DNA of 59,401 bases, filler included, from Dugesia japonica (Eukaryota): the NCBI GenBank assembly GCA_001938525.1. It is 5 parts of 5 records of this genome, joined end to end, with 100 filler letters (N's around TTAATTAATTAA, not from the genome) between each part and the next. Parts side by side here need not be neighbours in the genome. Positions count along the whole stretch, not along the records: positions 1 to 9,981 come from MQRL01498474.1; positions 10,082 to 19,346 come from MQRL01567775.1; 3 more parts are not named here. One strand, given 5' to 3'. A program made the translations under genes and the position numbers. The notes beneath the pieces are model-generated. The model was not told the DNA's origin and did no database searches. It worked only from the letters and a program-made list of their open reading frames with translations. The stretch's first letter is position 1; every line of letters begins with the position of its first letter. This document shows, in pieces, positions 1 through 12,202 of this stretch.

Positions 1-185
1 AAATTAATTTTGCTAACGCTTGCAAACTGTAATATTGCCCATTGTTCTTTGTTGGAATTCAAAAATACCCCCCCCCAGAAAATTCCTTCAAATTAGTCTA
101 TTAAATTAGCTTAGGAAAATTTCCCTATTAAAATAGCTTTGAAATTTTTTTCTATTAAATAAACTGGGTTTATCCAAGTAATAAA

Positions 186-396
186 CAGAGGGCTCACATC
201 TACATACTATTCATTAAAAAAAGTTTATGATGACAATGTGAATTCCCAATAAATTAACATAGGAAAAATATTTCCATTAAAAAAGATGGAGTTAATGTTT
301 TTAAAATCTTACTTATAAAAATAAACAATCTTTTTCTCTTAATCATAATAGAAATTTTATTAGTAATAAAGAAACAAAATTGATGTGAGCCCTCTG
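186..396. mobile_element. MITE-like element with 15-bp perfect terminal inverted repeats
   Basis: CAGAGGGCTCACATC (186-200) and its reverse complement GATGTGAGCCCTCTG (382-396); no clear TSD. Confidence 0.65.
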
Positions 397-399
397 GGC

Positions 400-1780
400 G
401 CTTTTTTTGGGTACCCCCCAGAAAATTTTTTAGCTTCCTTCATAATTCATTTTTGGTTGGGAATTTTTTCAGTGAGGTCAATTTTTGATTGATTCAGGTG
501 AATTTGGTCAATAATTTGCTTGGTGATATCGAATTAGGTGAATTTTTGACTGGTTTAGAGTAATTTTTGAGTTATTTGATCAAATATTTCCTCAGAAATG
601 GTTAAGTTGGTTAATTTTTGGGTGATTCGGTCAATTATTTACTCGGTTTAGGTAATATTGGTCAATTATTTCTTCGAGTTTGATAATTTTTGAATATTTC
701 GAATATTTCCTCGTGAATGGTTAAGTTTGTTAATTTTTGGGTGATTCGGTCAATTATTTTCTCGGGTTTGGTTAATTTGAGTAATTTTTGGGTGATTTTG
801 TCAAATATTTGATCGGGAATAGTCATTTTGGGTTAGTTTTGAACGATTTATTCAATTATTTATTCGGTTTAGGTAATATTGGTCAACTATTTACTCATGA
901 TTGGCATTTTGCGTGATTGCGTAGAATATTTTCTCTGGATTGGTATTTTTGAGTAAATGGATCGAATATTTCTTTGAGATGGTCAATTTGAGTAAAAGTA
1001 GGGCGAATCGGTCAAATTTTTACTCAGGAATGGTCAGTTTCGTTAATTTTTGGATAATCTTGGTCAATTATTTACTCACAAGGGATCAGTTTTAGGTGAA
1101 TTTGAGTGATAATTTCCTCGGCCTGGTGAGTTATGGTAGAATTTTAAGAAAATTCATGCGAAAAGTCGAATTGGTTTAAATTTTCATGTGTTTTTAATTT
1201 TTTTTTGGAATCCGGGTGAGCAGTCTATGTTGGTTAAATAATATGAAAGTTTTTAAAATTTTTAAATGAATTTTTTATGGGAATCCTGAACCTCCAAAAT
1301 TTTGAAAATTTTTGAAAACAATTTTGTCGAGATTTTTACATCAATCGATACAGAATTCGATGGAGATTATTTTTCACAAAAAAAAATTTTCGAAAAAATT
1401 ATTTCGCGTTTTTTGATAAAATGTGTTAGATAGAGAAATTTTCACTGATTCCTAATATATAAACCTAAAATCCCTAAAGTATATCCGAGATGAAATAAAT
1501 CTATTTTTGACTATTTTAGATGATAATTTAATTTTCATTGGTATTTTTTCTGACTTATTGAATTTCTCACTGTTTGCTGGTCTTCAGTGATCAGTGATTC
1601 GCACACTGTGCACTGGATTTCAGTGTTCTGATGAAAGAGCACTGGATTTCAATCATCACTCTTCTGCTCATTGTGTACTGGTTTTCCCACTTTTTGATAG
1701 TCTTCACTCTTCACTAGTGGTTAATATACTTTTTAATTAATATTTAATTATTTAACCTGTTCTATATTTTTTACTTTTAA
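400..1780 (-). repeat. Dispersed ~2-kb non-autonomous repeat with internal degenerate minisatellites (copy 1)
   Basis: Reverse complement of 33006-35230. GGTCAATTATTTACTCGGTTTAGGTAATATTGGTCAA (~629) matches ~34260, and CTTCACTAGTGG..TTCTATATTTTTTACTT (~1710-1776) matches ~33006-33073. Confidence 0.75.
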
Positions 1781-2334
1781 TTTGAAATTAAATTTGATTT
1801 AGTGTATTTTTTTTAATAAACTGATCTATTTTTATCTTAAAAATCTAATCAAAATTTTATTGATAATATGAAATTTTTATTAGGATTGATTCATTGAAAT
1901 AATTTCTAAACATTCATTGAAAATAATCCATATAATTGATTGAATAAATTAAATATGATGAATTGATTAATTTTCAATGTGTGATTTGATTAAAACTTTG
2001 CTTCTGCGAGTAAATTGAATTACGTTTTGAATAAATTTTTAAAGGTAATTTTGAAAATAAATTTGAAATTTTTTTGGATAAATTAAAATTATAATAGCAA
2101 ATTTATTAAGTATTGAAAATTTTGAAAAAATGTTTTAATAGTAATTTTGAAAATAAACTAGATTTCATGTATATATGAATAAATTTTAAATTTTTACGGT
2201 TAAATTAAAATTATAATATAAAATGTTTATTAAGTATTGATGAAATTTTGAAGGTTTTTAATTAAATATGATGTTATGTGTATTTTTAATTAATGTTTAA
2301 TTTATAATAGAAAATTTTTATTAAGCATTAGAAA

Positions 2335-3350
2335 GATATTCGGAAGAATGTTACAAGAGATTTGAAGAACATTACGAAAGAATATTTTAAAAACAATTTT
2401 GATGTTTTCTATCAACAATGTATTTCAAGTCATGGATGAATTACTTTTTCGGTCACATGTTGTATTTAACTAAGTTTAGAAGCTAATAGAGCCAATCGAA
2501 AAGTTGCAAATTTCTATTTCAACGATTTAGTCTTTAATTGGTTCATTTTTAAAAATAATGATTAATTTCTAGTTATATTTTTGTATACTTGTTTTGCATG
2601 TGCACGTATTTTTTATAGTAGATTGGTCAGAAAAATAACTGGAACCAATAAAAATTCATGAAAAGGAAGAAAAGAACAATTTATATGTTATATGTATAAT
2701 TAAATGTAAATTATTGTAAATGGTTTTTACTTATTAATAAATAAAGTTGTGTCATAATTGTTATCTTAATCAAATATTCACCGTTACATACATTCATAAA
2801 CATCGTCGTACCATACAGGGTCGTCCAAGATAATAATCCAGTTTATTTAAATTGGAAATTTTTATAACGTAGATATCATATTTTCAATAGATTTAGATGA
2901 AAAGATCAGAAAATAAGATTTAGAAAGAAGAATTGTTAGAGAACTTTTTTGATTGACCAAATTGATTCAAATTTTTAATAAATTAAATAAACAATTATGA
3001 TATTTTTTAGAAATATTAAGAAGTTCGAAACTCTAATTAAATCAAGTGAGTACGTTTTAAAAGAAAAACCTTTTGGTTAGTATTGATATTTTTCAATTAG
3101 ATATAACTCGTTATACAATTATAGCACAAAATATACCATTCGATGATTGTATTCAAAATTCATCAATTTTTGGTTCATAAATGTTTTTCGAGAAAACCAA
3201 TTTCATTTCTGAAGAGTCCGTGTGCTTAAAACTACTAAAATGATAACAGCGGTCAAAATGGATATCATTACAGGTTGTTTAATGCCAAATGTTTTTGAAA
3301 GATGTTTCATTGAAGATCAATATCATATGAACAGTATGTGGAATAGGTTT
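2335..3350 (+). repeat. Degenerate duplicated segment (copy A), possibly a decayed multi-exon gene
   Basis: Colinear blocks shared with 5000-5650: CGGAAGAATGTTACAAGAGA, AATCCAGTTTATTTAAATTG, ATGTTTTTCGAGAAAACC..TCATTACAGGT. Confidence 0.6.
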
Positions 3351-4091
3351 ATGTACTAGTTATATTATTACAATAGTTATAACTAGATTATTGGTGCTTT
3401 ATTATTGACAATTTTGTAACTAAAATTATTTGAATTTAATCTGTTTTCTTTTCAGGTATTTCAGAGAATAATAATTTAAATACAGATGAAAGAAAAGAAT
3501 TTGGAGAGAATATAAGAGTAAGAGAAATTGGAGTTTGTTGCATAACGCGCCTGTGCACAATTAAGAAAATTATTGAAACCGAATTTGGTTTTATCTTACC
3601 AATATTTCTTAAAAACCATGCTTCGATTATGTAAACGAAATACGTTTTATTTATGATTTTGTTAATTTCTTACAAGATCAAAAATCCAGTAGCAATTATT
3701 CATTAAACTCAAATTCATAAGACTTAGAATTTCAAAAAATTCAACTTAGCAAAATTTAAAGCAATCAGATTAATTAATTTAGTTTTTCTGGGTTGTACTA
3801 GATTATATTACCTTATATTATTTATCAATGTTATATTATCAAAAGAAATTTTACTCTTAAAAATATTTAAATTAAAGATAATTATTAAAAAATATAAACA
3901 TATAAATCAAAGATACAAATTATATATTAAGGCTGCCAGGGAACATCATGATTCTAAAATTAACATGGTGGACATCATAATTCATGGTCTACTATCATAA
4001 ATTATAAAACATTTAATCCACTTATGCATACGTCCTAGAAGTTTAAAAATTTTTAATATATTTAGTAAAACATATCGATTTCTAATATGTT

Positions 4092-4274
4092 TTCAGTGAT
4101 TTCTCCGGCACGTTTGTTAACATCAACTTCGGCCTTTTTGCAAACAACATGGGCAAATCTTCTACCAACACCTCTAATAGCTGTCAAAGCATAAACAATA
4201 GTTCTTTGACCGTCAATATTAGTATTCATCACACGAAGAATGTGATTGAATTTTCGGGGCATAATTAGCGACAT
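4092..4274 (-). pseudogene. RPS18: 40S ribosomal protein S18 (uS13), 3'-truncated pseudogene fragment
   Basis: [61 protein letters not shown] is the N-terminal part of S18. Homology stops abruptly without an obvious donor, followed by a stop; PEKF is altered to PRKF. Confidence 0.85.
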
Positions 4275-4374
4275 GATTGAAAATAAGTTCAAAAATTTTT
4301 ATTTATATTTGTATATAAAAATTATCTTCAAAAACTTTGTACAAATTGCTTCGATCTAAATAAAAAGAGAAAAA

Positions 4375-4411
4375 GAGATGTTTCGGACAAATCTATGCCC
4401 ATCATCATCAG
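4375..4411 (-). ncRNA. Degenerate Penelope-type minimal hammerhead ribozyme motif
   Basis: Minus strand CTGATGA-TGAT-GGGCA-TAGATT-TGTCC-GAAA-CATCTC. Stem II is formable; stem I partner is absent. Confidence 0.35.
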
Positions 4412-4999
4412 TTACTGTTTGTAAAATAAGAGAGGAAAGTGTTTATATACTGGCCAATAAAATTTGTTNCGTAATCAATACAATGAAATAATATTAAAAT
4501 AAAAAGTGAATGTTTGGCAATCTGAGTATAAAATTGAAAAAGTTTGTTGTTAGATCATGCAAGTTGATAGGCAAACAAGCATCACCGATGAGTTTACAAT
4601 TTTGAACAGCGGTTTTCGTAATTATTTTGAAAGAGTTTGATTCCCCTTGAGATCCACTTGATTTCAATGTGACAAACTTTAATTAATTTGATTTGTGGAG
4701 TTTTATATCGTTTTCTAGGGGTTTTATTGAATTACATTGAATTGTTTTGAGTTTTACAGATTTTATAAGATTTTTATCAAATTTACTGAAGTTTTTAATA
4801 AATAAATGAAGAGGTTTTAATTGGTTCATAAACGCTGTAGAAATCAACCAATACTGTTTCATTATAAGTTTTGATAACGAAAATTTTATATTACATACAA
4901 AAATTCAAAAAACAAAAAAAAATTTTGATCGAAGCTTTTTTTTTAAAACGGATTCACATATTATTCACAAAGGATGATAATTTTATGAGGTGGAAGATT

Positions 5000-5650
5000 T
5001 TCGGAAAAATGTTACAAGAGAATTGAATAACATTTTGAAAGAAGATTTTAAAAGCAATTTTGATATTTTTTCCTTCTCAACTTGTATTTAACAGAGTCTA
5101 AAAGCTAATGAGCCAATCGAAAATACAAGTAAAGGGGAAAGAATTTTTTTTTTAATCGTTTTATTTAATTTTATACTATTTTTTTGTATCTTTCATAAAA
5201 GTAAGTTTTGTGAAAATAATTTAGTTTTTTTNGTGGCAGACAGAAATTTTAACAGTAAGATTATTTGAAATGCATTTTTCCTAAATTTTGTATTTGTAAT
5301 GGTAAATAATCGTGCATATAAAATATTTTATCTGAAACATTCATAAAGAACACGAGAATTTAGTACGGTCAGTCATAGCAAGTAATCCAGTTTATTTAAA
5401 TTGTAAATTTTTATAACGTAAACAATTTGTATATTGTAAAATATTTCAATTTACAACAGATTTAGATGAAAAATATAAGAAAATAAGAATTGTTCGATTA
5501 ATTCTTTTTATGTAAATGTTTTTCGAGAAAACCGATTTCATTTCTGAAGAATCTGTGGGCTCAAAACTACTTTTACACAGCATTCAAAATAGATATCATT
5601 ACAGGTCGTTTAATGCCACATGTTTTTGGAAGATGTTTCATTGAACTTTG
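5000..5650 (+). repeat. Degenerate duplicated segment (copy B)
   Basis: Direct-repeat homology to 2335-3350. Confidence 0.6.
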
Positions 5651-6397
5651 ACTAATGAGTAAACAGAATTTTCGGCTAATCATCAAGTTGTAAAATGTTA
5701 TTGATTTAAAAAATTCATCATTTTTAAAATTTATTATTTGTTAAAACAGTAAAAAATCATTAAAAAATCTCAAGCATAAGCAAATCCAATGTTCCAGAGT
5801 TTAATCGTGATGATTCAATTATTGAAGATGAAAAAGTAGAAATATTCCAAAGAGGAAAGATAATGTTTACAATAAAATAATAGACTTTGAGAATGCTGAG
5901 GCGTTAGAATTTACCCGAAAATGNNNNNNNNNNNNNNNNNNNNNNNNNNNNNNNNNNNNNNNNNNNNNNNNNNNNTTTTTAATAATTTGTACTAATAATT
6001 AAATAATAAATTTTTAATAGTTTTTTTCACGAATCACAACTTTTCATTTTTTAAACAGGGCTCCCAATGGAATTTTCCAGGACTCGGCGAGCAAACAAAG
6101 TTTTAATTTATTTTGGCTTCGAATATTACAAATTTAGAGAAAATACAGACAGCGAAGTGGTAACTTGGAGGCGTAGATAACATCATTATGTCAAGGAAAT
6201 CATTCAAGGAGTAGTTCTAACATTGCCATGACTCATGTCCATAAGACAAAAGTAAAATTAAGATGAACCCAGTTGATGCTACTACAAGAAATATGATTGG
6301 AACTATCTAGCCAAAGCAGAGAAGGAGTTCACCTACCTAATCCAACCACTCCAGAATTTGTCATTGTTGATAGATATGTCTTTATTTTTTCATAACA

Positions 6398-6752
6398 GAT
6401 TTGTTTATGTCGACTTGTCTGTGTCAATTTGTCTTTGTATCGATTTGTCATGTGTCGATTTGTTATGTGTCAATTTGTCTTTGTGTCAATTTGTCTGTGT
6501 CGATTTGTCTGTGTCGACTTGTCTGTGTCAATTTGTCTTTGTGTCAATTTGTCATATATCGATTTGTCATGTGTCGATTTGTCATGTGTCAATTTGTCTT
6601 TGTATTGATTTGTCTTTGTGTCAATTTGTCTTTGTGTCAATTTGTCTTTGTACCGATTTGTCTTTGTATCGATTTGTCCTTGTATCGATTTGTCTTTATA
6701 TCGATTTGTATTTGTGTCGATTGGTCATGTGTCGATTTGTCTGTTTCAATTT
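6398..6752. repeat. Minisatellite, ~15-16 bp unit GTGTCRATTTGTC(T)T
   Basis: About 20 tandem degenerate copies are visible. Confidence 0.95.
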
Positions 6753-6859
6753 CTCTGGTCACCACGAAACACTATATTATCAAGCACATCATTGGTATTG
6801 ATGGTCGTCATAGATTAGTTGAGATTACAAAAGCAACAAAAAATATCCAACTGCAAATA

Positions 6860-7044
6860 ATCTGAATCGCATAGAAAGATATATTATGTAGTTGTGTAAA
6901 AAAAGAACTGATTCAAACATTGAACGATGTCGTAGCTGTATTGCAAATAACGGTTTACATTTTGAACGTTTAATGTAACTTATGTTCCATTTACTTGTAA
7001 TTTTCAGAAATAATCACGGTTGGGTTCCCTCTTGGCCCCCTGTA
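6860..7044 (+). mobile_element. 3' end of a Tc1/mariner-superfamily transposon
   Basis: IERCRSCIANNGLHFERLM* resembles the RC..CI...G.HFE transposase C-terminus, followed by a TIR-like end ...TTGGCCCCCTG|TA. Confidence 0.6.
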
Positions 7045-7976
7045 CGACCCGAAATTATAACTGATTGCATTAATAATCTAGAATGCAATCTCTTGTTGTG
7101 CTTCGATTGGAAAAATTTAATGCTTATAATTATCTAATTTGATAATTATAGTTTGGTTTGAGGATTCTATAGTGAATTTCTTGGACTTAGTATTATTTTC
7201 AAAAAAATTCTATTAAATTTGAAGTATTTTTCTATTATTTTAATAGGAATTTTGAAAAGTTCATAGAATTATTTGTAATTAATTTTTTGAACAGTTGATT
7301 TCAACAAAGTGAATCCTCCATTTAAATCCAACAGCGATGAAAACGTGATTAACTATAATAATATGAATGCCAAAATGAAAATCAACTGTGAAGATTCATA
7401 ACAACAATTGAATTTATGTGAAATGTATTATAAATGAATATTTAATAAAAAAGATTGCTTCTAGTGAAATTTGTAAATGGTTAATTAAAATCGCTATCAA
7501 ATCTGCTGGTGTCACTCAAACTCCCGAATTCCTGCAAATTCAAAACAGTGGAACCAGATCCTCCTGATATGAAGCTACCATTTAACTTTATAGTCAAACA
7601 GCAGGATCAACATCTGAGAAACAAATCATGAGTGGTTAAAGGAGATCCATGTTACGAGAGATCTGGCGATTTTTGTAATTTATTTAATTTATTAATGGAT
7701 TTTTAATTAATTTATTAATTACTAAATTTGATCTTAAAAGTGTATCTGATAATGTGGAAAAAAAGTTTGTCGAGATAATTTCTACCAGGTGAACAGTATA
7801 TTTAGTTATAAAAAACTCTACTTTCACATTACAAAAACATTTTTCAGTAATTTATAAATGAATTATTTAAATTAATGAATTATTTAAATTAATTAATTTA
7901 ATTATTAAGTTAATTATTTATAAAAATTTAAAAATGAAAATAGTTATATAAAAAGCACATTTCAAAATTAACTTAC

Positions 7977-8686
7977 CGAATCGACAATTTTCTCTGCTCC
8001 ATTTCCAATTGACTAATTAGATCGATTTTATTAAATACTATAACATCAGCAAGAGATATTTGTCTAAATTATTTAACAATAAAATAAAAATCAGATCTAC
8101 GAAGCTACCTAAGGCATTCATTTATTCCTTCATTATCATTATTTTCAGACATCTGTTTATCTATGTAAAATCCATCAACTACTGTAACAATTCCATCCAA
8201 GTATAAATCGCTACATAAACTATCATCTAACCAAAAAATAGATGCAATAGGTCCTAATTAAATTAAGCTTTAATATTTCACAACCAAATTAAACCTGGAT
8301 CTGCTAATCCAGTTGTTTCCAACAAGATATAGTCAAATTTTCCTTTCTTTTTCATTAAACTTTCCAAAGCTTTAACTCCAACATCTTTAATAGAACAGCA
8401 AAGGCAACCATTCAACAATTCTAACCATTCTTCATACAAAACACCATTATCTTTTATATTTTCATTTATTTCGATAGCTGATCCAGATCCAAATTCATTC
8501 AAAATGACAGCAATTTTTTTCCCATGATTTTCATTTAAGATATAATTTAATAATGTTGTTTTTCCAGATCCTAAATTGTTATTCAAAATATTATATTCTA
8601 AAATATTCACCAAGACATCCAGTTAATATAGTAACGGGCACTTTTTCATAAGGTATCAAGAAAGGAATGTCTTCCATATTGTCCAT
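7977..8686 (-). CDS. CBWD1: COBW-domain / ZNG1 zinc metallochaperone GTPase, exons 1-4 (8686-8611, 8570-8295, 8253-8109, 8063-7977); 3' exons not seen
   Basis: [11 protein letters not shown]|SGKTTLLN Walker [11 protein letters not shown] (GCxCC), [45 protein letters not shown] introns of 40, 41 and 45 bp keep the frame. Confidence 0.93.
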
Positions 8687-9109
8687 TAACTTTCAAATAA
8701 AAATTATGTTAATTATGTTTAAACAAAATTAACATAACAATAAAAATGTTATTAAACAAGTGTTTCATTGAACCGTTCTATTTAAAAAACAAGTATGGAA
8801 CACAAAATTATTTCTAGTCAAAAATATGTTTTGGAATCTTAAGAAATGCATAAATACTATAAAATGTTAAACTAAGTAAATTATAGATAATTTTAATTTC
8901 TCTTATTTATTTATTAAATACATTTATCAAGAATTTTTTCAGTCGTTAAAGACATTGTTAAAATTCCGAAATATGTTGTTAATTTCAATATAATTATTAA
9001 AAGCAATTTTTATTTGATGGGTCACTTGAAATAACTGGTTACTGGAATAAAATTTTAAACAGTAAAAAAATTTGTGCAATTGCTTTATACACGATCGCAA
9101 TGAATCTTG

Positions 9110-9465
9110 TTCATGTTTTCAGTTCGTCGATGAATTCATAATGCGAATTTCACGTTCGGGACAGGGTGGACAAACTTCAAAGTTGTATGATCGACTTTTT
9201 TTAAAGTTTATTAATGCTAAACTCTGAATAAATGTGACAATGTCATTCTTGGAATTGATTATTGTCACAAGTTGTGTTTGAAGTTTCAGACTAATATCAT
9301 TGAAGTTTTAAGATATTCCGGCAAGATAGAATGCATCTTTCTTTGCAGCTTTCAATTCGTCACAAAAGTTAGTGTCATCATTAGATTCAATGAATTGTAA
9401 AGATGTTATCAAAAAAATCTGTAAATCTTTTCAAACAGCTTTCTTGTGACAACCAACGAACTGGG
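9110..9465 (-). mobile_element. Degenerate hAT (ZBED5/SCAND3/FAM200-like) transposase fragment
   Basis: VRWLSQESCLKRF...ELKAAKKDAFYLAGI.NFNDISLKLQ, with stops and frameshifts. Confidence 0.7.
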
Positions 9466-10025
9466 GTATTATGATATATTATCCACGACAAGTTATTTTG
9501 GTTATCTGTTTGTTAGCTTAATCAAATACTTTATGTTATATTTACTCAGTTCAGTAATTTATATTATTTTATTGTTAATATAATTTATTTGTGTGTTGAA
9601 AAGGATTTATAGACTTCAAGAGAGTCTGCCGAATTGTATGGTGACATTTGGGGTATATGCGTATGTAGGACGCAAAAATGAAAGTAGAATTTCGTGTAGA
9701 AATAATTTAGGTATACTACAAATAAGAATAAAATAATAACGAAATCAACAGTTAATTAATGAACGTTTATTTATCAAACTGTTAGGGTTGTAAGCTATGC
9801 TTACATTAATTTACCTAATTTATTAATTTATTCATAAAATTTTATTTAATTTATTAAAAATTTCTAATTGTTTAAACTTATCAATTTATTAATTGTTATC
9901 TTATTTATTTATTATTGTTGGGGTGAAACACCGGATTAAGGAAAAAATAATGGCGTAAGTAGACACGGAATTCGAAAGATCNNNNNNNNNNNNNNNNNNN
10001 NNNNNNNNNNNNNNNNNNNNNNNNN

Positions 10026-10037
10026 TTAATTAATTAA
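10026..10037. other. Artificial scaffold linker TTAATTAATTAA inside an N run (also 19391-19402, 32387-32398, 44150-44161)
   Basis: Identical 12-mer with stops in all six frames, each flanked by 44 N on both sides. Confidence 0.95.
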
Positions 10038-10158
10038 NNNNNNNNNNNNNNNNNNNNNNNNNNNNNNNNNNNNNNNNNNNNATTATTATATCTTTATGTC
10101 GATTTGCATTATTAATATCATGGTTATTAATATTATTATTGCTAGTATGATTATTTTT

Positions 10159-10300
10159 GGGGTTCCACCCGAGTTGGATGGTAAGAAAATAGTGGCTGGG
10201 GAAAAACAGCCCTCAGGGGAACCCGTTCAAGAATTTTACCTACCGCCCCTAGGGTAGGTATTCAGTTCATGGCGGTTGATCTCTCTCTTAATGGGAGGTA
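10159..10300 (+). ncRNA. Conserved multi-stem structure at the element tip (copy 1)
   Basis: Stems GGGTTCC/GGAACCC, GGCTG/CAGCC and TACCTACC/GGTAGGTA, with compensatory changes relative to copy 2. Confidence 0.6.
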
Positions 10301-10410
10301 CACACCCATAAACCTTTGTATTCGGGTTCATTCTTTTCCCTAATATTAGTAGCAAAAAAAAAGAAAAATACGATATTAAATATATACATTTTATTTCATA
10401 AACAAAATTA

Positions 10411-10793
10411 TTATAGCGAATCCAGCGCCCCTGGATCTAACCACTGGGCCGGATCGGTCGCTGAAAAGTTAAAGGTGGCGGTATCGTCATTATCGTCCTA
10501 TTGAATCCAAGTCGGATTGCCTATTTGGCAGGAGAGATCGGCGATGTATTGTTTAAGAAATTCTATCTTGCAGTGTAAAAGTTGTTTCGTCTCTGTTTCT
10601 AAAGCTTTGGTTTGAGCCACCAAGTCGTTCTGCTTCTTTACGATCAGGTCTAACCTCTTTATCAACCTGTCCCTCTGAGACAAATGCTTAAGCAGAGCCC
10701 GGTCAGTCTTACGCTTCAAATGCCTTTCTATCAGGAGTCGGCGCATGATGCGGTGGCATCTACGGAGGTTATTGGGAAAATTGATATGAGGCA
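10411..10793 (-). pseudogene. Cassette ORF D (copy 1), basic/coiled-coil protein with acidic Trp-containing tail; one premature TAG
   Basis: Ungapped, about three-quarters identical by eye to 16156-16550; TGG>TAG at 10498-10500; homology starts at ccAG|TG. Confidence 0.8.
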
Positions 10794-10924
10794 CTGGAAA
10801 ATAAAATAGGTTAAATATATCAGCACTCGACCATAGATCTCAAGCAAACATTAAAGCAATAATGGAATTCATAAGAAAAGTTGAATAATAAGTTTATTAA
10901 CAAAGAGAAAATATTTCCCTAGAA

Positions 10925-11283
10925 TTATCTTCTAGGGGTCTGGGTGCCCTTCTCGACCATCAATGGCTCGAGTGGGATTTTATCCCGAAGAAGCAAAATG
11001 TCGCCAACCAGTTTATTTTCTCGGTCATGGTAGGACCGGATCATCTCTGAGAAAGACTCTACTTGTCTTTTCCAAATGTGTTCTTGGGAATGGGAGGCTT
11101 CCGCTTACCTTTTAAAGAGGGCGCATTTTCTCTTATAGCGCAGGACTTTACTGTTGGCTGTGGCTATTTCGGCTTCCCACCGGCGTTTGGCCAACCGATA
11201 TAAATCCCAAGTGAGTTCAAGATCCTCACTGGTATCCCGGAATTTCTTTGTAGGGGCTGGTTGGCGGTTGGATGAGGAATGCA
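10925..11283 (-). pseudogene. Cassette ORF C (copy 1), helical protein ending in KGTQT; one premature TAA
   Basis: HSSSNRQPAPTKKFRD...RLAKRRWEAE...ENKLVGDIL...VEKGTQTPRR* is homologous to 15666-16025; stop at 11105-11107. Confidence 0.8.
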
Positions 11284-11515
11284 CTAATAAAAATATATAT
11301 ATATCACGACAATAACTTTCATAACTTTAAATTTCTAAAAAGACACAGTAGACACAAATTTGGTTTGTTAAGTGCTAGACCACCCAAATTGACTTATAAA
11401 CTTAGAAAACGACATGTGAACGAGGAAAAAATAATCTCTAAAGAATTACACAGAACATCGAACATTTATTTTAAACAGGGTCATCACGATAAGTTCAATA
11501 GGTTGCACACATTAT

Positions 11516-11872
11516 TTACTGAGGAGGAGTGGATGAGTCCGGCACCGGTGCGGTATTTTCTGAGTCTACGCTACCCGAAGGCTCTCTTATCCCGCAGAGC
11601 AGGTTAGAGATAAAAGCCTGAACTGCGGGAGCTGGGAGTGGCATCGCAGGCTGGTATTGTAAAGGTGTTGCCAGAGTGCGTACAGGGCCTGTCCAGGCTC
11701 GGTATTGTTGACGCTCGCTAAAATCTTGGATGCGAGCCACAATCGACTCTACTGGGGGCAGATTTGATCAGTCGACCAAGATGCCCGCATCACGGTTATG
11801 GGGGTTGTGATACCGCCGGAAAATTATTCGACGGGTTCTTCTATCATCAACACGTTCCCATATCGATTCCAT
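11516..11872 (-). pseudogene. Cassette ORF B (copy 1); one premature TGA
   Basis: MESIWERVDDRRTRRIIFRRYHNPHNRDAGILVD*SNLP is homologous to the N-terminus of 15083-15493; starts ttAG|AATG. Confidence 0.72.
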
Positions 11873-11983
11873 TCTAAAATTAACGGGAATTCGGTTTAAT
11901 TATAACCTATAACCATCTTTTTAACTTAATTAACATTAATAGAAATAAACAACAAATAGAATTGATCAAATCAATAGTTTATT

Positions 11984-12202
11984 TTAGACAAGCAATGGTC
12001 CGATTACACTTCTACTGAGGAAGACGTTTTCTAAATCCGCTGAAGACACTAAAGGGAACATCTCCGCAAAACAGCAAAGGTCTGTTTTATCCGGGTGTTC
12101 AATCCTCCTCTTAGTCAATAGGTGCGCGATCAACTGTTTTAATCGAGTAGCTCGACGTTGTCGCCTTATCCATCGAAGGGTATGACACAACTCGGCCGGC
12201 AT
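11984..12202 (-). CDS. Cassette ORF A (copy 1), 72-aa basic protein of unknown function
   Basis: RLKQLIAHL...IEHPDKTDL..FAEMFP is shared with 14741-14973; starts ttAG|TTCATG. Confidence 0.72.
   Translation of the reverse strand: MPAELCHTLRWIRRQRRATRLKQLIAHLLTKRRIEHPDKTDLCCFAEMFPLVSSADLENVFLSRSVIGPLLV

Noticed and set aside
6358-6865. Cys-rich ORFs of 147, 154 and 66 aa; superficially CRISPR-like periodicity
   Set aside because: Produced by a stop-free 15-16 bp minisatellite with no unique spacers; open in several frames.
10026-10037. Recurrent palindrome TTAATTAATTAA
   Set aside because: Always centred in a 100-bp N block, so it is an assembly linker and not biology. Adjacency across these linkers is uncertain.
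11272-11607. Plus-strand 111-aa ORF (also 10316-10504 + and 14760-14951 -)
   Set aside because: Antisense shadows of the conserved cassette; not conserved in the other copy.
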